DNA from: Podarcis cretensis
Taxonomy: Eukaryota
Direction: 5' to 3'
DNA: 64,000 nucleotides
NCBI GenBank assembly: GCA_951804945.1
Contig: OX638154.1
Coordinates: forward strand, 53,010,001 to 53,074,000
The notes beneath the pieces are model-generated. The model did no database searches. It was not told the origin of the DNA and was given only the letters and a program-made list of their open reading frames with translations. This document shows, one piece after another, positions 52,101 through 64,000 of the stretch (positions are counted from its first letter, which is position 1; every line of letters starts with the position of its first letter). The translations under genes and the position numbers were made by a program.

Positions 52101-53996
52101 GGAAGGGAAAAAGTGCGTCCTATAGGGCGAAAAATACAGTACTTTAAAGGCAATTGTAAGAGGTTAAGCAACCTTTTTATATCCCAGGGGGACTGTTTAG
52201 CTGGAGATAACTAGTTCTGCATGCGGTTCTATCTTGCCCCTTAAATATTACACTGCTGCCAAAAGTCAAGTGCCATGATCTGACTAGGGGATCTCTAGCA
52301 ACACAGAACACCAATGTCCTTAATTGGACTAAGGAGCCACAATTCAAAGTATTTTTCTCAGCAGTAAAACTGATACCACCACATTGCTGCTACCACTAGG
52401 ACAGTGTTGTGTGCAGCCTGCGGCATTTATCTCTAGAGCACCCCTGAATGCAGATAGATGGCAGGAATCCCCAGCAGAATTCCTGAGGGTTCCTGCTCTC
52501 ACCAGCATATGCTCGTCTGTCAGCATCCTCTTCACTTGCAGCCTGTAGAAAAGTGAACAGGGGACTTTAGGGAACAGGACACAGCAAAGCAATTGTCTCT
52601 CTCTTCTGAGATATTTCTGTGCATCCTAGAAGCCCAGCACAATATGCCATACCAATTTCCTCCAAGGAAGATCTCGTTTGCATTTGTTGTACCAGGTGAG
52701 CAGCCTCTTCCGAAACTCTTTGATTTCAGCCGCATTGCTGAAGGTGTGGAATGGAGACTGTTGGCTGGGAACTCCTGCAACAAAGAGAGGCCAGTTACAA
52801 TTTTTGCAGTGGCAATTTCTATCGGGTTGTACAAATATACATGGCAGTTGATAAACCTGCGCTGGGCCAGAGGGGAATATGTATTTGATAGACAGTTGAA
52901 GAACAGCAGTCCTACTGGCATACCCCTCTACAAATATTTCCCAAAGATCTGCTCTTTCTGTAAACCTCAGAAACAGAAGTCCAGATATCTCCTTTGTCCA
53001 TGTCATTCTTCCAGGGCTGGGGAAACCTTTTTCAGCCCAAGGGCCACATTCCCTTCTGAGTGACCTTCTTGGGGCCACATGCCAATGGTGGGCAGGGCTG
53101 GAGACAAATGTGGGTAGAGAGCAATGAATGTGGATTTTTACTTTTGTGTAGTAGGCTACTTTCTTACGCAATCAAGCATTCTTCTCTATGTTCCATCCAA
53201 CTCAAGCAAGAAGCATTTCCCCAGAGTTCAAGGACACATTCTAGCCAGCAAAAACACTTAAGGAGGATGCAAAGCAGGGCTAATGAGCAGCGGGGCTCTG
53301 GAGGTTGTGTGGCCTGGGGAGGGTCCTATGGGCTAGATAGAGATTCTTGGAGGATCATATTAGACCCCAGCCTGGATGTTCCACATCCCTGTATCACACA
53401 AATTCAAAGCAGGAAGATGAGCCCCTATGATGGCAAACTAGACAACAAGCACCGTGTCTGCTTATGTCACACTATTCTAAAACAGAATACTTTTCTGACT
53501 CTACAAGTTTCAATTAAATTTCTTTTTTTAAAAAAAGTCACCAAATAAATTTGGGTCGAAGAATGTTACAAGAACGGAGGCAAGGAAGGTACAAATTTTC
53601 AGGTTTTGTGTTGTTGGCCAAGCAACGCTAAACATTTTCTAATTCCTTCATAAGGAAAACTCCATCTATCCCAAAGCCAGTTTGTGGAATCAGTGATGCA
53701 TTAAATCTGAGATATTTGTGACTTTAGCTTCTGATTCAGTCTTTGAATGCATAGCCAGCTAAAAAGTTGAGGGGAGTTCAATAGCTGTTACCACAAAATA
53801 AGTGATCCTGAAAAGAGGTTCAAACAATTCTTTTCAATTTTCTTTCATCCTACACTGATGAAAAAAATATTTTTGTAACTCAAGCACCTTTGCATAGTGT
53901 GGTATTTCCTTCACATTTTTTCAGTGATTTCTGTTGTTTCCCAGTGTTCCTTTGTATTCCTAGCTTGCTGCGTGTTGCCAACTGGAGTTTGTTCAT
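42612..53996 (-). CDS. MUTYH: Adenine DNA glycosylase MUTYH, 522 aa; coding exons 53996-53888, 52774-52653, 52542-52503, 51447-51374, 51247-51206, 50970-50899, 50059-49946, 49186-49089, 48345-48201, 47536-47449, 46221-46027, 45107-44965, 43847-43686, 43286-43239, 42728-42612
   Basis: Motifs [28 protein letters not shown], Hh[26 protein letters not shown], Fe-[33 protein letters not shown] and C-terminal QLSLDSFL. Exons sum to 1569 nt in frame with GT-AG sites. Confidence 0.96.
42935..43171 (+). mobile_element. LINE (L2-like) 3' end with (AAT)n tail
   Basis: TTTTAGAAGACATCTGAAGGCAGCCCTG...GTAAGCCACCCAGAGTGG followed by ~15 AAT units. Confidence 0.7.
45625..45826 (-). mobile_element. LINE 3' fragment (L2-like); second copy ~59040-59268
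   Basis: Both copies share CAGGGTGGTTCACAA...GCCAAAGGCCTGGTT...AACGTTTT...CCTGG. Confidence 0.6.
51540..52139. mobile_element. Tc1/mariner (Tc2-like) non-autonomous DNA transposon with a GC-rich, internally repetitive core
   Basis: TIRs CCGTATTTTTTGCCCCATAGGGCGCAC / GTGCGTCCTATAGGGCGAAAAATACAG with TA on both sides. Confidence 0.85.
53012..53391. mobile_element. hAT/Charlie-like MITE; partial relative at ~55250-55450
   Basis: Ends CAGGGCTGGGGAAAC / GTTCCACATCCCTG; shared core GAGAGCAATGAATG...TTTTACTTT. Confidence 0.65.
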
Positions 53997-54300
53997 TGCC
54001 AGCCTAGAAAAAAAATGTACCACTGTCAAATTATATTTCTCTTCACCATCTCCAGATCCAAAATTAGCAATATGTGCAACACTCTATACTGTATACAGTA
54101 CCCTGTACTCCATCAAGGTGGCAAGATGTTAATAAGAACTATGAATATAAATGCTGACAATATGGATAGACAGAACTATAGGGCAACTGAAGAGTGATAT
54201 AAGAGGCCTGCCTTTATTACTCCTTAATAGATGTAGTCTACATATACAAGAATAGACAGATAATGAATCCTGAGTTTCTGTAATAGATTGCATCACTTTA

Positions 54301-54302
54301 GA

Positions 54303-54340
<38 letters not shown>
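54301..54340 (+). repeat. (TATC)n tetranucleotide microsatellite
   Basis: About 9 perfect units. Confidence 0.95.
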
Positions 54341-54659
54341 AATCTCCTATACAAAACTCTTTGAAAGTACAAAATTTAACACATCAGAGAGAAAAGTTCT
54401 ACACGGGTCACTCCCTTGTTGTGCTAGTTTTCTATCTGCAGGAAGCTCCCAGCTCCCCAATAGGGGAGAAATGCGGATCCTTCATCCGTAGCCTGAACTG
54501 GCATGGTACATTCTACCACCTCAAGTTTCTGTAACCTCATCCGCTGCGTGTGTAGTAAAACCAAAGGGCTCGGCTCCCCATATCACATGCACGAAGGAAT
54601 ATGCACACTAGGGAGTGTTCTATGCACTTTCACACTCAGAACGGTGTTATTAGAGAGAC

Positions 54660-55620
54660 AGGCCACGAGTAACATCCCTACCTTCGTCTCTTTGTTGATT
54701 TCTTTGCGCGCGTCCAACTCAGAACCTCCTTCCAACTAGCGTGGAGCCAATCAACCGAAGCACAACTTCATCCCGGCAAGCGGAAGGCTCGCAAGGAAAG
54801 GGGCTGACAGCATCAAGCCAATCGGCGTCAAAGACGGAACAAAAACTGAGTCACGACGACCAACTTCCTGATTTCTTTTGGCGCCATTTTCGCACAGAGT
54901 TGAAATGAAATGTATCCATAGGGGCAACGCAAAAAAGCTAGGATTTTAGCGTTAACTGCGATTGGGCAGTAAAAGCCCGCCCGTGCTGTTCCTAACATTT
55001 CGTGAAGAAAATGTGTAGTTTCCACCATTCACAACATCCCTGCAGTGTAGCGCACCGCGGATGTTGCAAGTTAGAAGTGGGGCTGTGGTCAAAAGCGAGT
55101 GAGTGAGAATGAATACAGTAGGGAACAACAAGGGGGTAGTTTACCGCACATTGCAACTATGTCTACTCAGAAGTAAGTCCTGCATAATTCAATGAGCCTC
55201 ATTCAGATACGTAGGGTTATGATTCCAGCCCTTAGTATTACTATCCTTCTACCTTCCGGACGCCACATGCAAATCGTGGGCAGAGAGCAATGAATGCGAG
55301 TTTTACTTTGGTGCAGTAGGCTAGTTTTTACACACTCACACATCCCACCCTATCCAAGCCCAGAAATCATTTTCAGAGTACATTTTCGCCATGCAAAGCT
55401 GGGCTGGTGAACAGCTGGGTGAGCTAAGGAGATTGTGGGCCTGGGGAGAATGAGTGGGTTTGGATGCGGCGAAAGGCACTTGCAAAGACAGCTAGGCCTA
55501 CGCGCCACCCTTAGAGGAAGGACCCCAGAGAGCAGGACGCGCCGGAAGCTGGCGAGTTGAACGACAAGGGAGATGGCGGTTCTCTAAGTAACTCGCAGGT
55601 GTCACTTCTCGAAGGTAAGA
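54660..55620. promoter_or_regulatory. MUTYH/TOE1 bidirectional promoter with probable non-coding first exons
   Basis: Minus donor GAAG|GTAGGG at 54682 and plus donor GAAG|GTAAGA at 55614. CCAAT boxes at ~54748 and ~54819, ETS ACTTCCTG at ~54863, YY1-like CGCCATTTT at ~54882 and AGATGGCG at 55571. Confidence 0.72.
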
Positions 55621-56060
55621 GAAGGTCTTTCGAAAGCACCTTCTGGGAGGAGGTATTGTGCTCAGCGGTTTCTTGTGCAGACGATGTGCATTCTCCTAAA
55701 CGAGTTAGTGGCCAGGGACCAGGAAATGGTGGTGGAGCGGAGGTTTAAACTTGATCTTACCTATAACGTGCATGTTATGGATCATGTACTGATTACTTTT
55801 TACTGTTCCCGTTCTAGTTCTGGTTTGAGCTTTAACGAGATGAGGCATTTACTATACCTGGGGCTCTTGGGTTTTTTGCCATATAAAGCAGCGGTTCCTA
55901 TTCTCTTTTTTTCTGAGGTGTTGTTATTTGATATATGCAGGGAGCAATCTGTGGGTTCGGGTTTTTTTAATTAGTCATTGGTATCCCCAAAGCAAAATTA
56001 ACCATTGGATTGTAAAAGTTATGCATGTCTAATCTCTTGTGTCCCAACAGCTGCATAAGG

Positions 56061-59000
56061 ATGACTTCCTTGAAAGTGCCAGTCATCGATGTCCAGAATG
56101 ATAATTTCAAGGAGCTCTGGCCATCCATGCTCTTGGCCATCAAAACATCTAGCTTTATAGCTATTGACACGGTGGGTAGAGTTGCCCTTCTTTGTGATTT
56201 CTCAAAAAGGGCAGGGGCGGGGACTGTAACTTTGATGGTAATTGGGTTGCTGTCTTTGCTAGGGAAAGCTGACACCATTTTATTTAATTTTTCCATTGGT
56301 CTATCTACCTATTCTTTATACTACTTTCCAGGGTTTCAGACAGGAGTTTTCCAGCTCTGCATGGGAGACATCAGGGATTAAACCTTGAACCTTGTACATG
56401 TAAAACTGTAACACTGAGCTACAACTTATTTTACATAACTTGTTCTACCATGGAGTGGAAATCTAATTGTTATCTTTGTCCATAGGAGCTTAGTGGGCTT
56501 GGAACAAGGAAGAGTTTGTTAAATCAGTAAGTAATGTGCTGCTTCTGTGTGAGTCCTGAAGCATGATGTTCTCATTCTTGTTGTTCTGAATTATTAGGTC
56601 CTTGAGTATGGACAGCATTGTGGAGTGTCTGCCGATACTTTCAGGAGTCTTTGTTTCCCCCAACTCAGTTTCAGACACTAGTTGAGTGGACCTATTGGGA
56701 TTCACAGTGGAAGCAGTTCTTTGACTGTGTGGGTGTGGATGGCTTAAGATGTGCTTGCCCATTTGGAGTAATCAGTTCTTTGAGGGCTGGAAATATGCAA
56801 GCTGTGGGGAACAGGCCCACATGCTATTAATATGCTTCAAAATTCAGGCTGGTCTCGATCTTGAATGGAAAGGTGAAATTTGTCATGTCAATAGGGAAGC
56901 TATGGTTCAGTGGTCTAAATTTCCTACTAAGCTGCCTGAGGCTTCTCCCCACAGGTGTATTGAAGAACGATACAAATCTGTTTGCAGTGCTGCCAGAACA
57001 CGCTCCATTTTGTCTCTAGGAATTGCTTGTTTCAAACATCTTCCTGATAAGGTATAGTGCTCATTGTCTGGCTTTCACCCTAATTCTACTGCTGAGTTAA
57101 GAATGTGTTGCTTATAAGAGGATGGTATATTGAAGGTTCAGTCTTCAATGCATAAAGTGGTGCATAAAGTGACCAGTATTGATTCTAGACACTAAAGGAA
57201 GTAGTTGTTGATTTCTAGGATGTTACTGTTTGCACTTTTTCTGTGCTGCTCTCAATTTCTTTGAACTGGCCTGTATTTGCAGTCAGAGAACACGTACCTC
57301 TCCCAGATCTACAACCTGACCCTGCTCTGTATGGAGGATTATATCATTGAACCACAGTCAGTTCAGTTCCTGGTGCAACATGGCTTTGACTTCAACAAGC
57401 AGTATTCTCAGGGCATTCCTTATCACAGAGGCAATGACAAGGTATGGGGACTCTTTACTGTAAGGTATAAATGAGGTGAGACCACAATGAGAAAGTAACA
57501 GGTTTCTTTCTTAATATCTGCTTGGCTTCGTTTGCATTTCACACTTCTTTTGCTAATCAAAATTATCCACGTGTATTTTTAAAAAACCTTTATTAACATC
57601 AATTAACAACCCACAATGCATTTCACACTTCAGTGTCATGGGGCTGAATTGATGCTGCACAAAAATAGCCACCACCTAGTCAAAGTAGTTCTGTGGAGCT
57701 TCTGTGGAGGAGTCAGTCTGCTAGCAGCTGGTTTCACCATTGAGCTGGAGGAGAACTGCCCTCACAGAAATAAGCTTGGGAACACATACCAGGGCCTGAG
57801 CTGAAGGGGTGCGAAATGTCCTGCACTTTCATCTGACAGAGTACAGGAGAGAGTGGTGGTGGGCATCCTGCCTTTTCCAGGCTTTACCTCAGCGAAAACT
57901 AGGTGTGGTGGTTCTGCCCTAGAACCTGGGTCATGAATCCATAAGCAGTGGCAGAATTTGGGCTGTAGACCTGTACCATCAAAACAGGTGAAGGGAACTC
58001 CAGGGGATCAATGCCACCCTCTTTTGCATTTACCTCTGCTGCCTTTGCCTGCATTGACCACCCAACACTTCTTCATCCAGGCTGTTCCCATATCATAGAA
58101 ACTAGTGCAGGCTTTGGAAATGAGGCCAGCTAACCTTATCCCCTCTTTGCTCTCTCACAGGGAAATGAAAACCACAGCCAGACAGTCCGTACTTTTTTCC
58201 TGGAACTGATCCGAGCCAAGAAGCCCCTCATTCTGCACAATGGCCTAATTGATTTGGTTTTCCTGTACCAGTGCTTTTATGCTCACCTTCCTGACAATTT
58301 GGGCACCTTCACTGCTGATCTTTCAGAGATGTTCCCAGCTGGAATCTATGACACCAAGTATGCTTCTGAGTTTGAGGCACGTTTTGTGGCTTCTTACCTA
58401 GAGTATGCTTACAAGAAATGGTAGGTATCTCTTGCCAGGTCAAGCTGTAAGCACCCTGACAAGGATTTTTGGGCCGAGATCCATCGTAGCACAAGTGGAC
58501 ATTTGCCTGATCACATAATAAGGCTTTTCCTTCCTCCCCTCCCCCCTTCACCTCCCCATGTACTCCCAAAATCTACTCTGGAGATTTGAGGGACCAGGTT
58601 TTTGGAGCACATGGGTGTGGGAGGTAGAATAGAAATTGGAAGTTCCATTGCACAGGCTGATTTCTGTTGGGTAAGCAGGCATACATCATTGAATGCTGCT
58701 CCTGGGCTTTAAGTAACGAGAACACAACTGCTGGGTCCAAGGCTGCTGCTCTTCTATTTTTACCGGAACAGGGTCTGATTTGGGTATGAATGAGTAGGGT
58801 GGAGGACAAGAAGTATGAATACCATATCTAGTTAGTGACTTTGTTACTTTCCATATAGGTTATTCTATTTATGTGCATTTTGGGCAAATACTGTGATTCA
58901 GTTAAATCTTAATTGTGATTCAATTAATCCCCAGGCTCCACTACAAACTCATAACTCCACATGCATGTACTTGCCTGCCATTTGTCTCAGGTTGTTTCCT

Positions 59001-61746
59001 TGCTACAGCTTTCAGCTGAAATTCTTTATGAGTTTAAATTATTATTATTACTAAATTTGTATTCTGCCCTATACCTGTAGATCTCAGGGTGGTTCACAAC
59101 ATAAAATTACAATATAAAAGACACAAAATACATGATAGAAATATGAACAAAACCAAACCAATAATCGCCCCTTCCACAACCCATTTTAAAGGGCATCGGA
59201 TGTCAATCGGCCAAAGGCCTGGTTGAAGAGGAACGTTTTCACCTGGTGCCTAAAGATGTATAATGAAAATGAGTTGCATTTCTTTTTACTGCTTAGGAGA
59301 CTGAAATCTCCTATTTGATACTAGAGCTTGGATTCTAAGTAAAGTATTTTACTTAATTCCAGTCCACAAAATTTTGACTGGCCTTGGCAGTTAGCCATAA
59401 TTTATGGTCTCCACAAACTCTGCTCTGTTGGCACATGCAGAGGACCCAAGAGATGAAGGGTCAGTCACATTCCATGCTGTGCCTTTAAAACATTAAAATA
59501 CAGCAAGAAGGATTCTCACTCAATTTTCAGTATCTTCAAAATGTGACATGAAGAAAAAGTTATTTGCATATATCAGAAGACTTGAAAAAGAGACTGCAAC
59601 AGTCTTGTCTGCCTAATGCGGCTCCTGCCTTAAGTTCTCTGTGGCAGCAGAATGAAGGGGTAGGGTTTTTCATGTTGTCCTTGGCTACTAGCAGAAGAAA
59701 CTAGTAGAAATGTGTGGAACTGACTAAACAACTCCTCAGGTTTTCTCTTCCCTTTTCTGTTTCCCCACTCCCTGATTCTAATAATCAAATGAGAGGTTTG
59801 CCTTCTGCTTATAGAAAAGTACTAGTTTGGGAAGATGCTCATACCCTGTTATGGTGTTCCAGGTATCTGGCAGTCAGGGGAACAAGCAGTTGTGCTGATA
59901 GCATTTTTATGTATCTCTGCTTCTCTTCTAAAAGGCAATGCTATGTATCTTTTATATTCTTATTTCCGCTTTAGCTCATTTTTCTACATTCAGGGGGCTT
60001 TCCTATGAGTACATAGAGGAGCCTGTCCTGAAGGGCAGTTGATCTCCTTGCTCTGACACAGCCTCTGTTCCAGGTTCTAATGCTATTCTTGCCTTCCAGC
60101 AAGCGAGAAAACTACAGGTTGAAGAATTCAGAAAAGCAGCACCTCAGCATAGAGTTCTGCAACTACCCAGACAGCATAGCTTCTTACATCGATTATCGCT
60201 TCTGTTCCCTATCAGATGCCAGCCAGTCTGGGCTTGACCCTGCAAACAAAGTCACCATCTGTCAGACATTTTCTGTAAGTATTACTTCTGTCTCCCTTCT
60301 ATCTTGAAAGTTTGTCAAATAGTAAATTGTAAATAGTTCATTCAGTGTGGTGGATATTCTCAGATAGGGACTATGAGGACAAGCTGTCTAGGATGAGAGA
60401 CAGGCTCTTGGGCTGGATGTGTGTTTGGCAGTGGGAGGCAAATGCTTATGCTGGTATTATGGTCAATTTTAAAGCATGGTACCTCTTTCTGCAGCTTTCT
60501 GATAAAAATGGAGAGGTGCTACCTTTTAATAATGAGGGTATCTGGGAGCTTACTAGAGAACACAAGAGACCTGCTGGGTCAGGCTAAAGGTCCATTTAGT
60601 CCAGTATATTTTCCCAACAGTGGCCCAGCCCAGAAGCCTGCAAGTAATGCATGAGGTTTGGATGATCCAGAATAGTCTTTTAATATTGCTATTTTCTGGT
60701 TAATTAGCATGGCACAATCTCACAAATGTGATAAATATCCAGAAGTTAATGTTGAAAGTTGCTCTAGGGCAACATTTCTCAAATTTGGGTCCCCAGCTGT
60801 TGGACTACAACTCCCATCATCCCTGACCACTGGTTCTGCTAGCTAGGGATGATGGGAGCTGTAGTCCAACAACAGCTGGAGACCCAAGTTTGAGAATCAC
60901 TGCTGTAGGGTATCTAAGATCCAGTGATATTTTCTCAAGTGTGCTAATGATTCTCACTCTCCCCTGTAGGCCTATGGCTGGTGTCCAGATGGATTGAAGT
61001 GTTCACAGTCTCACAACATTGACCTAATAATTAATGAAGATGAGAACCACAAAGAGGACAAGCGGAAGAAAAGAAAGCAGAAGTGGAAGCATCGGAAGAA
61101 TTTTGTAGAGCCCTCAAAGGAACCTGTGTTGAGAAGCCCTGAGAAGGAAGGAGAGGTGGCTTGCAATATGGAAGACGGTCCCCCATCCAAGCAGTCCTGT
61201 TTAAGCAACAAGGTTGCTCCTACTGTAGATTCTGCAGGCACAGAAACTGTATCCAGCAATGAGGAGAGTTCTATGGATGTGGAACGAGAACTAGGCTCTG
61301 ACACGACAACTGATACTAAGATGGATGAGGAACAAGCCAGTGCCACAGACAATGAGGGCATCACTTTATCACCATCCAAAGATGGGCCACAACAAAGGGC
61401 AGCAGGGACTGAAGGATCCGGACCAGAAGTCCAGATAGAGTGTGCTTCTGTAGTGACGGCTTTGTCTGGCACCCAGAACCCAGTGGCACCAGTGCCTGGC
61501 TGTTCAGAGGGTGGTATTCACCGGGCTGGCTTTGATGCCTTCATGACAGGTTACATTATTGCCTACGTCCATATGCTCAAAAATGATGAACACAAAGACT
61601 CAAGTAAAGGGCCTTGGTTGCCGGACTGCCATAACAAAGTGTACCTCAGTGGGAAGTCTGTCCCCCTTCAGATAGTGAAAAGTTTGTTTTCTAAATCCTC
61701 CAAAGCTCACAGCCAGAAGATGAAATTGGCTTGGGCTAGTAAGTAG
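56061..61746 (+). CDS. TOE1: Target of EGR1 protein 1 (CAF1-like DEDD deadenylase), 539 aa; coding exons 56061-56171, 56486-56526, 56955-57051, 57283-57441, 58161-58420, 60100-60274, 60970-61746
   Basis: [16 protein letters not shown], catalytic [16 protein letters not shown]3H finger [20 protein letters not shown], basic [13 protein letters not shown] and [11 protein letters not shown]. Exons sum to 1620 nt in frame. Confidence 0.96.
60770..60902. mobile_element. Palindromic hAT-type MITE
   Basis: Near-perfect hairpin (TTGGACTACAACTCCCATCATCCCT / AGGGATGATGGGAGCTGTAGTCCAA); 8-bp TSD CTCTAGGG / CTGTAGGG. Confidence 0.8.
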
Positions 61747-62194
61747 AGCTGGGAAACCTCCTACTTGGGACTTTACATAAGAGCTGCTGAAAATAGCAGC
61801 AGCTTCTACCCACAGTCATCAAACAAAAGCAGCAGACTGTGACTTTATTTTTAAACATCTGCACAATTAAATTACTCTGTACAGTACTAGAATTTCCGTT
61901 TTTGTTTGTTAAAGGTAGAGCCTTTATGTACACAGGACCAGGCAACTGTCTTAAACATGGGAGAGCTATGAGGAGCCCTAATTTATAGCATATTAATTTA
62001 ATCCACTCATTCAAACCAACAGCATGAGAACCAGAAGCTTATTTTTGTAACGACCATGGAGACCACTTCTTCTCTTGCATACAAAGACCAAACAGCTTCC
62101 ATATATAAGTAACAATATTTATAGCAGTATAAAACCTTGTATCTATGCAGTATTTGTGCATTTTAAATTTCAGATCAGAGCCTGTTGGGGATTA

Positions 62195-62394
62195 CAGTCA
62201 TACCTCATGCTAAGTTTGCTTCACGTTGCGGCTTTTCAGGTTATGAACATGGCAAACCCAGAAGTGTTTACTTCCGGGTTCGCCACACACAGAAGCGCTT
62301 TGCACATGTGCAGTAGCGGCGCTCTACTTAGGGACTTTTCGGGGTGCAAACAGCACCCCGAAATGGATCGTGTTTGTAAGTAGGGGAACCACTG
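62195..62394. mobile_element. Tigger-like MITE, divergent family
   Basis: TA|CAGTCATACCTC ... GGGGAACCACTG|TA termini. Confidence 0.55.
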
Positions 62395-64000
62395 TATATT
62401 GGTAAGTATGCACCAGCATACTTACCAAACTATATACAGTATTGTGTAAATTCCATTAAAGTGCATATTCAAAAAGATGCAAATTGCAGAGGGAGGAATG
62501 GGAGAAGGAACAACATTCAGACTCCAGGGTATGTGGTAGTGGGGGTGCTTTCATCCCACCCTGCTGCTTGTGCCCACCATTTGCATATTTTAAAATGCAC
62601 ATGGTAGTCATATAATTAAGCTCATTGTTTTGATGATTGAGTCTTTGGATGGGTTGGAAAAGTAGTTAACTAAAGTTCTATGGGCCTCATCAGTGCCTAG
62701 TACAAGGCATGTGCAGAAAACCTAGTAAAAGACTCTGCTCCTTAAAGTAACTTAAGACATTCTTGAGGTTCAGCAGGTCTGTTTTGAACAAGGCACCAAC
62801 AGTACAACAACATACCTTTTGCAGACTTGCTGTTGCTCATATCACCTTTTATGAAATATTTCATTGTAACCAACTAAATAATTGTGTACACTGAATGACT
62901 TCCACAAGTACAACAGTGTTCCCTTTCTTCCCATTGCATGCCCCCCATGTGCTCTTGACATTTCTGCAACCTGGCAGTGTGTGCAATGATTTGGTTAGAT
63001 ACGGCCTATTCTTTTCTGTAACAATAATGGTGAAACTCTTGCCGCAGGAGCTAGAAAACTGCAGCTATGTGTGAGACAGAGGATGGCACAAGAGCTTGAA
63101 GATGCAAGAGAATTTCAGAAATAGGTTTCATGCTTTTCTTCTACCCATACCACTTGCCTGTTTTTTGGTAAGTTTGCTGCAGAATAAATGAGTAAGAACC
63201 TAGATGGGCTTCTGCGAACCTTAGTTTGCAAAGGGCAGAGGAAGGTATCTGCATCATTCTCTGCATTCTGTTGTTCTCAAACTAAATCAAACTGCTCAAG
63301 CCTTGGAGTGTACTTTAGGTAAAACCTACTGGAAACAACAAAGGATAAAAAATCGATTTACAAATGCTACCTTTAAAGTCACATTTGGCATTAGTAGAGG
63401 GGAAATGTGCCCAGCCAACTAATGCAGTTACAGCTGAGGTTTAATCTCTTGCTGGCTGCCTTTACTTATAAAAGGCTTTTAATCTTACTCAACTTTGTCA
63501 CCACTAGTTTTAGCAGGGAAAGAAAACAGTCTGTTTTGTTAATACTCTCTTTCTCAGGCCAAATGATCCTTCCACCAATTAGTTGCAAAGACAGTGGCCT
63601 CCCCATGCTGTGGTAGTTTGGCCCTCTGACCAATCTAATCTCAGTAGAAGTATAGTATGCCCAAGTATCAGCTGCGCACAAACTTCCTTTTTGTGAACAA
63701 GCAGAAAGCCTTGGTTGATCATAGTGCTTGGTTATGCCCAAATGGCTTCCAAACAAGCCAAAATATGGAGTTAAAGGTTTTAAGTTTGCTTATATATCTT
63801 AGCTTGTTTGGCAGCTATTAACCATTTGTTCATAGTGGGAACAGGAAACCATGCTTAACTAGGATTTCCTGGCTTGTTTCACAGCTCACACAAAGGGAGG
63901 AGCAAAGCTTCCATGTGTGGGTGCCTGACACTCCTGCATATTGCAGCTTAGAATTTATTGTCATAGCACAATTATCAAGCAAACTTGGTATACAACTAAA

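Noticed and set aside
51532-52171. Several 70-195 aa ORFs
   Set aside because: They are by-products of a GC-rich non-autonomous transposon, with no transposase motifs.
63049-63168. Possible extra exon (CCGCAG acceptor, GTAAG donor) or TESK2 3' end
   Set aside because: No recognisable coding homology; cannot be supported from sequence alone.
1-64000. CRISPR arrays, rRNA, prokaryotic operons
   Set aside because: This is intron-rich vertebrate DNA; the repeats are SINE/LINE/MITE copies and microsatellites.

Overview
This is vertebrate genomic DNA, most likely from a squamate (Sauria SINEs, CR1/L2 tails and lizard-type MITEs; 'lacertid lizard' is only a guess). I reconstructed six intron-containing loci by hand. 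In order: AKR1A1 first coding exon (-); PRDX1 (+, complete, 199 aa); a selenoprotein P paralogue SELENOP2/SelPb (-, 272 aa); HPDL (+, 400 aa, single coding exon); MUTYH (-, 15 coding exons, 522 aa); TOE1 (+, 7 coding exons, 539 aa), head-to-head with MUTYH. The main signal the ORF track misses is a selenocysteine-recoding system: an in-frame UGA in a UxxC motif (30888-30890) and a canonical SECIS hairpin in the 3'UTR (27073-27145). About 5.5 kb downstream lies a decayed tandem genomic duplicate of that gene's last two exons. It keeps an intact in-phase splice acceptor but has only a broken SECIS-like remnant. A 16-bp perfect inverted pair of ARE motifs sits upstream of PRDX1. Exon coordinates were read by eye, and gene identities rest on recalled homology, not database searches.
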